This document shows, piece after piece, positions 38,231 through 51,494 of a DNA stretch of 64,000 nucleotides. Positions within the stretch are counted from its first letter, which is position 1; every line of letters starts with the position of its first letter. The position numbers were made by a program, and so were the translations under genes. Source of the stretch: Octopus vulgaris (taxonomy: Eukaryota). The notes under the pieces were generated by a model. That model was given only the letters and a program-made list of their open reading frames with translations. It was not told the origin of the DNA and made no database searches. Location: NCBI GenBank assembly GCA_951406725.2, contig OX597833.1, positions 29,760,001 through 29,824,000 of the forward strand, in the 5' to 3' direction.

Positions 38231-38944
38231 CAACCAATACTCCCATACTTGACACCCCTGGCAATAAATTTAATAGTTGGCAGATATTCTGCCAACTATT
38301 TTTCAATTTCAGTTTGAAGGAACACCATGATGGTGTCGAGAGACTTGGAATACGTCCTCAACACCATCGTTCTCTCGTTGAAGTCTTTTAACCACTGCTT
38401 GGGGGGTACAATCTCCCACTTAGGGGGTACAATCTCCCACTCCAATTTGTTCAAACACAAATTCAAAATAAAGTCCAAAATAAACAAAAAAAGTAGAAAG
38501 ACAGAGCAGAGTAAAAGAAAGAAGGAAGACAGTTCAAGTCATGGCATACACAATTCCGGCCACAGGTATTCCAGAAAAAGGTACTCCAAACAAGTACTCC
38601 AGGTCACTGCAGCAGCAGGAACACAAAAATATCCTCTACAAATTGGTTGAATTTTCCAAAATTTCACAATTTTTTGAAGGCCAGACATGCCCCCAAACAA
38701 CAATTCTCACAGCTAAGTAAGTCACTTAGCGCAACTGCAGGCAGACAAATTTCCAGGACCCAGTGAGGATTTCTTATTTGAAAGAAGGAAAACAATATCA
38801 AACAACAAAACCCCACTGAATCCCCCCAAAAAACAGATGCCTACCTTACAGTCGCACCTTCAATATTTCTTCAGTTCAGGACGGCTACAAACGCATGTCT
38901 TGACAGTATTCAAATTTGGAAGTAACTAACCCACGCATATGCCA
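38230..38944 (-). mobile_element. 5' end/ORF1 remnant of a Tx1-like element
   Basis: ERTMVLRTYSK...IKFIARGVKYGSI resembles ORF1 at 1270-1420; includes a 21-bp tandem duplication at ~38399-38440. Confidence 0.55.
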
Positions 38945-38973
38945 TAAGCAAGCTACTTACCACACAGCCACTC

Positions 38974-39025
<52 letters not shown>

Positions 39026-42000
39026 TACCTATGGGTGTCATTGTGTTTGTTCCTCTTCATTACTTGACAATTTGTGTTGGTTTGTTTACATCCCCATAAC
39101 TTAGCAGTTTAGCAAAAGAGACCAAGAGAAAAATACCAGGCTAAAACAATATAAATACTGGGGTTGAGTTCTTCAACTAAAATCCCTGAAGGCAATGCTC
39201 CAACATGGTCACAGTGCAGTGACTGAAACAAGTAAAAGATATATATAATCAAAACTCTAAATAACTTTTTGGGTCAAGCAAAATAATAATATCTTTAAAA
39301 TTCCAATTTCATACATATTTTAATAAAAATTTTGATTTTGGTAATTTTGAATGCCATATTTACTCAAAGCCCACTTCTCACTCTCTTACACGAAAACCCT
39401 ACATCCTGTTCCTATCTTTAAATTTAGATTCAGATCATTGTCACTTCCACCAACTAATTACACTGACTTCCATTGTCATGACAACATTGTCATAGTAATT
39501 GTTATTTTAAGAAAATTAAGGATATATTGTTCATATACAGTAGGGAGGCAAAAATGCAAGTACTTTTCACTATTTTAAAATGCCTGATATTTCTTATATA
39601 TATTTAAAAGTAATTTCATTTCATTTCATATTTTACTAGTCTTGACCTTTTTATAAAAGAAAAGAACACATTGGACATAAAGTTATAAAATAATAATTTC
39701 TTGCATTATCATGAATTCATTGGAGAGGGGAATAATAAAATTAATTGGTTATTATGGAATCTCAAGAGATGAAAGGCATAGTCAACTTTGACAGAATTTG
39801 ACTTCAGACCATGAGAGGACATAACTAAATACAGCAGAGCGTTTAGTCTGGAAGTCAACCATTTCTGAATAATAGTAACTAACTCAGTTACAGCTGTTGT
39901 GTCTCAGGAGACCCAGTAGTTATAATAGGGTCACTGGAGAAGTTGGTTTGTAAAAGAACCAATGTGAATATGGTAGAAGTACAGTGGTTTTGCTTTAAGG
40001 CACTGAATTTGTGATTCCATGCCATCAGTTAACCCTTTTATGATTAAATTTCTAATAAAATATACTTTCTGTGCTTTAGTTAATTTTTGAAAAAAATCAA
40101 GAACTTAGGAATATTTAATAAAATAATTGGTCTTTTCTGGTCAATTAAGCTGCCCTTTAGAATATCATAGAAGTTTCTTGAAAGTATGATGCAAAAATTC
40201 AACTGAAATATGAACACTTTAAACTTAGAGGTTTTTCTGTTATAAAACATGAGACAATTTCAGGCAGTTTGTTGTCAAACATATTGAACTATATCATAGT
40301 CATGTGGTTGTACTTTAAAACAAGATATGAATTTCACTATTTTGCATATTGTTGTTTGTCCTTTGGTTTCAAAGATGATCCGGACTTCACCATAACAAAA
40401 GAGGATGCAGTAATACAGGCAGCTAAAGATTCATGACTACCCTTGCCTATACTACAATTTTCCCTGCCATGAAACTATGGAAGTGGCTGTGCTAAACTTG
40501 GATCAGAGCGAGAGAGGGCTGCACTGGATCACCAGCCTCATTGTTTTGTCCCCATTTTGTGGATCAGTGACAAGATAGTCGAGATGATTAAGAGGAGTGC
40601 AGTGGGATCACCTGGATGATCTATGTCTCACCATAATCTGAGTTATGCATCCCATAGCAACATTGTTAGATATTACCTTTCTGTACTTTAAAACTTCACA
40701 ATGGATTGCTAAGTTTCCTCTGCATAAAGTGCCAAAAATCCAATCTTCGTATTCATCTTAGACATGCATATATACACACAATACTGGATTGCTGTTGACT
40801 CTCCTGAGTTCTTATGCCACTCAAAACTCAGGATCAGGTGTTTTAATGTATTCATTTGGACACTGTAAATGGATATAGTAAGACACTCAATTCTGAGTTA
40901 AGCATCAGCTATTTTCATCATAGTAAAAAAATGTCTAAATGGGTAAAATATTGGATTATCAATTAGATCATGAGTTTAACCTGTTAGCATTTAAAGCAGT
41001 CATATCTAGTCCAAATATTCTACCTGTTTTATGTTCAAACTGGCCAGATCCAGCCTCTTGCACTTACCCTACCATTTCATTCTAAAAGTAAACAATAACA
41101 TCAATGAAACCTCAAAACCATGAGATAATATTTAATTAATTCAAAACAATGTGAATAAATAAGCATTACAAGTAATCTGAATTCTAAATAATTGAATTTG
41201 TTTTCAGTATTTCACCTCTTTAGATAAAAAACTTTTCTATACTAGTTAAGTTCATAATAGGTAAAGTTCATTTGGAGTGAAGAATAGAAGATAAATGTGG
41301 TTGTGGCTTTGGTTGGGAGCATTCACTTGCTTCCAGTTCAAATGATGACATATTTTTCTCAAATTAAATGAGAGAAGCTCTGGTTAAAATCTCCTAGAAA
41401 TAACTTCATAATTTCACAATTTTTCTGACATTAAAAAAAATAATAAATAAAATGTACACCTTGGATAATGTAGCCTTAGCTATAAAAAACAAACAAATGG
41501 TCATGATTGGAATAGTTTTGACCTGGGTCTACACAACAATAACACTTCTTCATCTTCAGATGAAGGGCAAGTCTTAAAATACTATCTTCTACAGTCTTCA
41601 TCACAGATGAGTTTTATAAATCTTGTACTTTCCTACTGATTATCTTTTCTACCAACGTTGATCATCACCAACTTCCTCAGATTCAATATTTTCCCCTTAC
41701 TTTTCTACATTGCTTCGTTTCAGTTACTTGTCAATAATGACTATGAAATTATCTGGTAAGAGTTATCTATAACTGACTTCTGATTTAACCAGGATGAGAT
41801 TTATCATTTATTCACTTCAGATACTGAAACCAGAATGAAGCAAAATGAGCCTGTAATTCAAAGGGCCAGTCTTGCCACATTCTGTGTCATGCTCTAAATC
41901 TCCCGGCGAACTATATTAAGGGTATGTGTAACTGTGGAGTGCTCAGCCACTTGCACATTTTTTTCACAAGCAGGCTGTTCCATTGATAAAACCAACTAGA

Positions 42001-42576
42001 ACCCTAATCACTGTAACTGATGGAGTACCACTTAATAGGTACGTACATTTTATGTTACTACAATTGTACTCATATTGATTGAGAGAGCAAGGGGACCTTT
42101 TTATAGTCACACTTGACTGGCCTGAGATAGCAACAAAACCTTGCCATAACAACATAAAATAAGGACTCATTGAATGATGCAGTCCATGATATGCCTGTCT
42201 GAAAGATAAAGGTGGAATGCTTTTGATTAATAGGTCTTTCACTGGAATATCTTTGATTAGCAAGTCTCTTGGATTGACACTAGTTTTATAAGGATGTGAC
42301 TGAAGTTGAGTGAACTGATCTTCATGCATGACAGATTTTTATTTCATCAAACTCAGAGAAAATCAAAAGTAAAATCTATTCCAATAGAATATGAAACCAA
42401 GAAGAGGAAGAGTGTAAACACCCCAATGCTCTAATATTTTCACAGCTTCACCTCTATTATAACCCATATTCTAATATTTTCACAACCTCACCTCTATTAT
42501 AACCCATATTTCTAATTGCCTCTGTGTTTTAATTAATTTTGAAAGTAATTTTTATATCCTTGACAAACGTTGGATA

Positions 42577-45500
42577 TGTAATTTAATGATGCAGAGGTAA
42601 AATCAATGTATTCACACAACATACTTCTCGAGACTCCAAAATCTCCTCTCAACAACTCCTATCGACCGCTGTCTTAACCGATATGCTACTCTTTATAAGA
42701 GTTCAGCTAGTCCATTTTTCCAATCCCCCTTTGAGATTGACTTCCGTAGGAAGTTAATATTACTATTTTTATTTATTTTTATTTCTTCATATCTCCCTTT
42801 TTGAGATTTTCCTCCTAGAGTTTAATATTTCTTCCATTTATGCACTACTTCCAACCATTCTGTTTGTTTCCTATTTCTTGTGCTGCTATGCCTAGGTTTG
42901 ATTTTTTGTGGCGTTGGAACATCAAAGGTGTCATAGAACACTTCCATGGGTATCTCTTTTCTTTTTTCCGTATATTTATTTTTTAGCTGGTTTAAATATC
43001 TTTTCTGTTCTCATTTTTCATCTTTTATCATATATGTCATTTTGCCTATTCTTTATGTTACTACTCCATCTTCCCAACCTTGTCTTGTATTTTATATATA
43101 TTTTGAAAAACACTTTGTCACAGATATTAAAATGGTTTGTCATATTTTTAGTGTTTTCCCTATTTTTTTTCTTACTGGTAGCAGCTTGTTAAAAATTGAC
43201 ATTATTTTTCGAGCAAAAATTAGTTCTGTTGGCAACTTGCCTGAAAAAGTGCTTGGGTTTGGTGCTATCCTATAAACCCTCAAGAACTGTGCTGATGCTG
43301 TGTCATCAACTAGCCTGTTTCTTGATTTCTTTAATGCTCTTTTAAATGTAGTCATGAACCTTTCCACTTGCCCGTTTGATCTTGGGTGATACAGAGGAGT
43401 AGTGATATGTTCAACTGAGTACATCTTGCAAAAATTCTTAAATTCGTTCACCGTGAATTGTGTACAATTATCAGAGACTATGATATCCGTGACACTATAC
43501 CTAGCAAAAGTTCTTGCAGAAATTCCACTGTCACCGTGGGTGTCGGTTTTCTACATTTACACATTTCTGGTCATTTTGAAAAACTATCTACCACTATTAG
43601 ATAATATGATCAGTTTAACGGTCCTGTGAAGTCTTTGTAGTCTGAACCATGGAATATCAGTTTTGAGCCAAGGCTGAAATTTTATAGATGGTGATTTCAC
43701 TGCCAGAGCACAACCCCTGCAGGATTTTACCAACTTCTCAATATCTAGATCCATTTTTGGCCAGTAAACACATAACTCCTCATAAGCAACTTCATCCTAG
43801 AAATTCCAGCATATCCAGTGTGGAATTCCTTTAATATTCAACCTTGTAGTGAGGTAGGCATTACGACCCTCTGTGCATACATAAGCACATTATCATATAT
43901 CAAATACAAGTTCGAAACTGTGTTACATCCAGCCATGCATATATGTTTATTTGTTTCTTCTGATCTCACTATTTTTTTTTCATTTTTATGATAAACTCAT
44001 CCGTCGCTGCCTTAATTTTCATTTCCTCCAATGTCATGCACAACATTGCACAATATATTTTTTATTTCCTTTTTGGCTTTTAATATACTGTCACTCTATC
44101 TTCTAGTGGTTCACTGAATTTTGGTATTAACCTCGACAAACCATCTGCATGTCCCAATTTTTTTGATGGCAAATACTCCATTTTGAAGTAATTCAGTAGG
44201 ATCATTCCCCAGCACAGCAATCTGTTGGCTGCATGTGTGGGGATACCCGTTTTTGATCCAGAGATCAACAATAACGGGCAGTGGTCTGTCTGCAGACTGA
44301 ACCTTCTTCCATGTATAAATTTATGAAATTTTTTTACTGCAAATATGATGGTTAATGCCTCTTTTTCTATGAATGTGTTTATGAGTGTGTTGTGAAGGTT
44401 TAGCTGCAGCAAAATCTGAACCGGCAAGCATAATGTCCATAGTTTGTTGGAAAATGCCAGGTGCTACCTTTATACCAAAGGGGTGTCAATTAAATTTATA
44501 CAACCTTTTATGAGTATTTATTGTCAATAATTTTGAACATTCCTCACTAACTTTTACCTGCAAATATGTTTCAGATAGGCCCAACTTTGAAAAAAATTTT
44601 CCTCCATTCAACTTTGCGAACATTTCCTCCGGGCTTGGTAGTGGATAATTATATGGCATCAAACATTCGTTTAATCTCATTGAAAAATCAGCTCATACTC
44701 GGATTTTTTTTTTTTTCTTCTTGACATAAACTGTTGGGGACACCCATTTTGTGTAACCAATTTTTTCAATAAAGCCAAGCTTTCCAAGTCTATCCAATTC
44801 ATCATTGACTTGTTTCAACGCTGTGAAAGGTACCATTCCTTTTGGTTTAAATACCGGTATAGTGTTTTCTTTCACTTGAAACTTCGCCTCTGCTTTGGTG
44901 CAAAGACCCAATTCCTCAGAAAAAACTTCAGGTAAAATTTAAAAAAATTCTTTTTTTAGATCCTCCGATACCTTATTTGTACTGGCGGAAGAACCATTCA
45001 CATTTTTACAAAAATATATTGATGGGGAGGTCCCATAAGTTAAATAGTTCCATCCAGTCTGTTCCAAATAAATTTGTCATATTTTTCAACATAAAAACTT
45101 TGGCTCTCAATGTTTATCCACGAAATGAAGCATCACTAATCATTTCACTCATAAAATGCAATTTTTTTCCTGACTCAACTCATGCAACTTTCGAAGTTTC
45201 CTTTAATCTAGGTTTCCCTAATTTTCTCCATGTACCTGTATTAATTATTGTGATATCACTGCCCATATTTAATTGTAATTTGATATTCACATTATCCATT
45301 GTTGGGAACCTGTGGAAGAGGTAGACCCAGGAAAACCTGGGACGAGGTGGTGAAGCATGACCTTCGAACTTTAGGTCTCACTAAGGAAATGTCTAGAGAC
45401 CGAGACCTATGGAAGTATGCTGTGCGTGAGAAGACCCGGCAAGACTAGTCAGGCCATAACCCGTGGCCCCTACCTGGGACGTAGTCAGTCCTCCTGTGCA

Positions 45501-47870
45501 TACCTTCCTTCTTGTGACACTTATGAAGACCTGTTGAGGCAAGTGAAAATCAAATCAAAACAAATCAAAATAGATGAACATCAGTGGAATTGTATTCTTT
45601 GTGGTACCAGTGCCGGTGGCACACAAGAAAACCACCCAAACGTGGCCGTAGCCAGTACCGCATCGACTGGCCTCCGTGCTGTGGGCACAACAAACACCAT
45701 CCGATCGTGGCCGTTCGCCAGCCTCATCTGGCACCTGTGTCGGTGGCACATAAAGACACCATCCGAAGACCCGGCGACGTAGTCAGTCCACCTGTGCATA
45801 CCTTCCCTCTTATGACACTTGTGAAGACCTGTTGAGGCAAGTGTGTGACACTTGTGAAGACCTGTTGAGGCAGAGGCAAGTGTGTGACACTTTGTGAAGA
45901 CCTGTTGAGGCAGAGGCAAGTGTGTGACACTTGTGGAGACCTGTTGAGGCAAGTGTGTGACACGTGTGACACTTGTGAAGACCTGTTGAGGCAAGTGAAA
46001 ATCAAGATCAAACCAAATCAAAATAGATGAACATCAATGGAATTTGTATCTTTGTGGTTCCAGTACCGGTGGCACACAAGAAAACCATCCGAACGTGGCC
46101 GTAGCCAGTACCGCATCGACTGGCCTCCGTGCTGTGGGCACAACAAACACCATCTGATCGTGGCCGTTCACCAGCCTCATCTGGCACCTGTGTCGGTGGC
46201 ACATAAAAACACCATCCGAAGACCCGGCGACGTAGTCAGTCCACCTGTGCATACCTTCCCTCTTATGACACTTGTGAAGACCTGTTGAGGCAAGTGAAAA
46301 TCAAAATCAAACCAAATCAAAATAGATGAACATCAATGGAATTTGTATCTTTGTGGTTCCAGTACCGGTGGCACACAAGAAAACCATCCGAACGTGGCCG
46401 TAGCCAGTACCGCATCGACTGGCCTCTGTGCATACCTTCCTTCTTATGACACTTGTGAAGACCTGTTGAGGCAAGTGTGTGACACTTGTGTAGACCTGTT
46501 GAGGCAAGTGAAAATCAAAAATCAAAATCAAATCAAATCAAATCAAACTAAATCAAAATAGATGAACATCAATGGAATTTGTATCTTTGTGGTACCAGTA
46601 CCGGTGGCACACAAGAAAACCATCCGAACGTGGCCGTAGCCAGTACCGCATCGACTGGCCTCTGTGATGTGGGCACATAACAAACACCATCCGATCGTGG
46701 CCGTTCGCCAGCCTCATCTGGCACCTGTGTCGGTGGCACATAAAAACACCAACCGAAGACCCGGCAAGACTAGTCAGGCCATAACCCGGGGCCCCTACCT
46801 GGGACGTAGTCAGTCCACCTGTGCATACCTTCCTTCCTTCTTGTGACACTTGTGAAGACCTGTGAAGACCTGTTGAGGCAAGTGAAAATCAAATCAAATC
46901 AAATCAAAATAGATGAACATCAATGGAATTTGTATCTTTGTGGTACCAGTGCCGGTGGCACACAAGAAAACCATCCGAACGTGGCCGTAGCCAGTACCGC
47001 ATCGACTGGCCTCCGTGCTTTGGGGACGTAACAAACACCATCCGATCGTGGCCGTCCGCCAGCCTCATCTGGCACCTGTGTCGGTGGCACATAGAAACAC
47101 CATCCGAGCGTGGCCGTCTGCCAGCCTCGTCTGGCACCTGTGTCGGTGGCACATAAAAACACCATCCGAGCGTGGCCGTTCGCCAGCCTCGTCTGGCACC
47201 TGTGTCGGTGGCACATAAAATCACCCACTACACTCTCGGAGTGGTTGGCGTTAGGAAGGGCATCCAGCTGTAGAAACACTGCCAGATCTGACTGGCCTGG
47301 TGCAGCCTTCGGGCTCCCCAGACCCCAGTTGAACCGTCCAACCCATGCTAGCATGGAAAACGGACGCTAAATGATGATGATGATGATGATGATGGACACA
47401 AATTTTCTTTTCTGAGCTTCGCTTAGAATTTTTTTAACAATACGTTCTTTCTAGAATTTTTTCTTTTTTTGCTTGACCCTTTTTTTTTTGTTTCACTATA
47501 CAATGTGAACTTTTATGTCCGATTTTCCCACACTCAAAACATTTATGAATTTTGAAAGGACAATTACTTCTAAAATGTAAGCCTCCACACTCATAGCATG
47601 GAATTGGTCTTGACATTTGTTTTTCCTTTTTCTTATCGGTTTCAGGTCGACATGCATGTATCTGAGAGCAATCTTTTTCTTCAGTTTTATCCGCGTCATG
47701 TCTTAAATTTATAATCCTCTGGCATTCTTCAGCCTCTGCCTGTAGACTTAATTTTTGGTCTTGTTCTAATTTTGTTAATATATGGGAACATATATCAGCA
47801 TCTTTTCTTGCAATTAACCCTTGAACAAATATTAAACATTTGAACAAATCTGGGGTTAATTCATTTAATT
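42577..47870 (-). mobile_element. Gypsy (Mag-like) LTR retrotransposon, decayed, with 3' LTR
   Basis: Gag knuckles CYECGGLHFRSNC and CFECGKIGHKSSHC; protease LNMGSD; RT YPLP..EEMFAKL; RNase H EKEALTIIFAVKKFH; integrase YHPRSNGQVERF. PPT AAAAAGGGAGA (42802-42792) precedes an LTR at 42791-42577 ending TTACA. Confidence 0.88.
45302..47393 (+). mobile_element. RTE 3'-end insertion with a modular, tandemly amplified 3'UTR
   Basis: Starts with the RTE C-terminus (GRGRPRKTWDEVV) and ends in (GAT)n; five restarts of atcaaaatagatgaacatca (~45564, 46017, 46316, 46552, 46902); splits the Gypsy between gag and protease. Confidence 0.85.
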
Positions 47871-48946
47871 TGAATTCTTTACATTCTCTGTTAATGTAGC
47901 ACCAGCATGAGTGCTTTCTATGTGGCTTCCTATGTACAGTTTACATGGCACTGTAATGAGTGTTTTATATGGGGAACTAGCTTGAGTGCTTTTTACATTA
48001 TACCAGCACCGGCTGTAAAGGACTTTCCTGCATGCATGGATGACCATAGTTTTCCTTAGCTTAACAAGCCATAAATCTTCTCAAGCCATAAATCTCAGTC
48101 TCTTGTCATCTACTTAGTGAAGCCCAATATCTGGCAATCCTCTCTCATCACCTTGTCTCATGTCTTCCTGGAACAACTCTTTCCACAAGTTCCTTCCCCA
48201 ATTAGAGATAGGCACTTCTTTATGCAGCCGTCCTCATCCAAATGCATCACAAGACTATACCAGTGCAGTTTTCTCTCTTGCATGCAATATCATATAATTT
48301 CATCTAAAATAAACTTTTTCAAAAATCTTTAATTCTCCTATTAAAGGACAAAATGGAACAATTCTTTATCTGATTTCACTCACTGGATTGTGACCATGCT
48401 AGGATACTACCTTTTAGTTAATCATACCATCCCATTACTTATTTCAATCTAACACTTATTTATCAAGTGGCTAAGTTACTACATTTTTGACACAACAGTT
48501 TTTACACCAGTCAATTGTAAAATAGACACAGACAAACAAAAGCATACATGACAGGCTTCAGCACAGATATCATCAACCAAATTCCACTAATAAAATATTT
48601 ATCAAGCCAAAACTAATTATAAGACACTCACCTAAGGTGCTATGCAGTGGGATCAAACCTGGAATAATGAGTAAACTTTCTAATCCCACAGCTATCCTTG
48701 CACCTATAATGATCAAGTTTCTTTACTAGTTGTTCTATGATGCAAGTTCAAGCGACTAATATCACTGACTTATTTAAGGCAGTGAGCTGGCAGAATCATT
48801 AACACACTGGGAAAAAACCTTAGTGGCATTTTGTCTGTCTCTATGTTCTGAGTTCAAATTCTGCCGAGATCAACTCTGCGTTTCATCCTTGTGGAGTCGA
48901 TAAAAAAAAATACCAGTTGAGTACTGGGGTTGATGTAATCAACTTA

Positions 48947-51190
48947 GACTTAGACTGGTAGTCCACAACATAGACTGACTGGTAGTTAGTGACTTCAGGA
49001 TCAGGGCTAAATGGATGCTCAGAAGACGACCAGCAAGGAGAAGAAGGGTCTGGAGACTTAAAGATCCTGCAAATGGACAGAGATTTAGAGACATATTACT
49101 CAAAGTCTTTGATAAAATAGAAGGGGATATAGCTTCACATGGTATACAAGACAACTGGAGGTTCCTACGGGACAACCTGCTAAGGGCCACCGATCAGATC
49201 TGTGGATGGTGCAAAGTCCCCTCAAGACCCAAAATAATGTGGTGGTGGAACAATGTCGTTGACAAGGCCATTAGACAAAAGAAACAAGTTTGTAAGGACT
49301 GGAAGAACGGTGGTAGCAGGGAAGTATATCAGGCTGCCAGAAGGGAAGCTAGGAGGCAGGTTTATTTAGCCAGAGGGGAAGCAGATAAGAAAAAATTTGC
49401 CAATGTTCTGTGCCGTGAGGACCAAAGACTTGAGGTATTTTGTGTTGCAAGACAGTGTGTGAGAGAGAATCGTGATGTGGTAGGAGAGAAATGTGTTCGC
49501 ATGGATGACGGTTCACTTGCACTAAATGAGGATGCAAAGAGAGAGGTTTGGAGATGCCATTATGAAAGGTTGCTGAATAAAGAAAATGAATGGGAGAAAG
49601 AGAGTCTGCCGAATGTCGACCCAACAGAGGGACCAGCTATCCGAGTTGACAGTACCTTGGTAGATAAGGCAATTAGAAGTATGAAGACAGGGAAAGCTCC
49701 AGGCCCATCAGGAATTACTGCAGAGATGCTCAAAATATCTGGCAGTGTTGGCTATAGCCTAGTCACCCGTATAGTTAACCAGGTGATGCATGAAGGAGTC
49801 ATACTCAATGACTGGTGTAGTAGTATAATAGTCAACTGCTACAAAGGTAAAGGTGATGCTTTAGATACAAATAATTACAGAGGTATCAAGCTGTTGGATC
49901 AGATAATGAAAGTCACGGAGAGGGTCATAGCCCAACTGATTAGGAAGAGAGTCAGCTTGGATGAGATGCAGTTTGGTTTCGTGCCAGGGAAAAGCACCAC
50001 TGATGCCATATTTCTGGTAAGACAGCTGCAGGAGAAATACCTAGCCAAAGATAAGCCCCTGTACCTGGCTTTCGTTGACATGGAGAAAGCCTTTGACATG
50101 GTCCCCTGATCCCTTATCTGGGTCAATGAGGAAACTAGGGATAGATGAACGGTTAGTGAGAGCTGTGCAAGCCATGTACAGGGACACTGTAAGTAAGGTG
50201 AGGGTTGGCAATGAGTACACTAAAGAATTTAGGGTAGAAGTAGGGGTCCACCAAGGTTCAGTCCTCAGCCCCCTCCTATTTATCATAGTCCTCAAGGCAA
50301 TAATGGAGGAATTCAAGACAGGATGCCCTGGGAGCTCCTCTATACTGATGACCTTGCTTTAATTGCTGAGTCACTATCAGAACTAGAGGAGAAGTTTCAA
50401 GTGTGGAAACAAGGATTAGAATTAAAGGGCCTTAGAATCAACCTAGCTAAAACCAAAGTCCTAATAAGTAGGAAGGCAGGCAAACCACAAATCCCTTCAG
50501 GTAGATGGCCCTGCTCGATCTGTAGTAGAAGCATAGGTAGAAACTCTATAAGATGTACCCAGTGTAAGCTATGGACACATAAGAGGTGCAGTAATATCAA
50601 AGGAAGGCTAACTGGGAAGATAGTTTTTGTATGTGGCAGATGGTCGGGAGCAATAAACACTGAAATTGCGCAAAGACCAACTTCCGCCACATTCCAGGGA
50701 GAAAAACTAGAGTGTAAGTACCTTGAGAGAAAAGTTGGACCTAAGAAGCATTAGATGTGGTGTGCAAGAGAGACGACTGTGCTGGTATGGTCATGTGGTG
50801 AGAATGGATGAGGATAGCTGTGTGAAAAAGTGCCACACCCTAGCGGTTGAGGGAACCTGTGGAAGAGGTGGACCCAGGAAAACCTGGGATGAAGTGGTGA
50901 AGCACGACCTTTGAACATTAGGCCTCACCAAGGAAATGACTAGCAACCAAGACTTTTGGAAATATGGTGTGCTTGAGAAGACCCGGCAAGCCAAATGAGA
51001 TCATAACCCATGGCCTATGCCAGGAGCAAAACCAGCCCGCTTATGCGTACCTTTTCCTTCTTTGGTCTCTAAACTCTGCTTGCGAAGACCTGTTGAGGCA
51101 AGTGAAATCAAAATCGATGACTGGCATCCGTGCTAGCGTGGTGCAAAGAGCATGGAAAGCGGACGTTAAACGATGATGATGATGATGATG
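48947..51190 (+). mobile_element. 5'-truncated RTE LINE inserted in a MetaSINE-like SINE
   Basis: RT motifs NYRGIKLL, DMEKAFD, VHQGSVLSP, YTDD; PHD-like CSIC...CTQC..W.H; (GAT)n tail; TSD AACTTA at 48941-48946 and 51191-51196; frameshifts and an internal deletion near 50715. Confidence 0.92.
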
Positions 51191-51494
51191 AACTTACCCC
51201 TTCCCACAAATTGCTGGCCTTGTTCCAAAATTGGAAATTAATATTATTGACATATTTACTATATTAATTCAAGGCTCGGAAGGTAACTGATAGGGATTCC
51301 AGGAATGAATGTTACACCAGATTCTTCATTTTTTTTTTTTTTTACTTATTTACATGTACAAATATGAATGAAAGTGTGGGTAGTTGAATTTCCAGTTTGA
51401 TATGAATATGATAAACATTTTCCCTGATATTCTCAAAAAGTTCTCTTTGCTTTCTAACAATTGTTCTCTTGCATCCTTTTTCTTTTTACCTTAC

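Noticed and set aside
41557-41586. cagatga-agggcaagtctt-aaaa as a hammerhead
   Set aside because: Two core mismatches and no convincing stem I or III; at best a fossil.
45810-46000. CRISPR-like array of ~31-37-bp repeats
   Set aside because: Repeats are contiguous without unique spacers, lie in an RTE 3'UTR in eukaryotic DNA, and there are no cas genes.
50345-50351. CTGATGA matches at 50345 and 7943
   Set aside because: They are the codons of the RT Y(A/T)DD motif.
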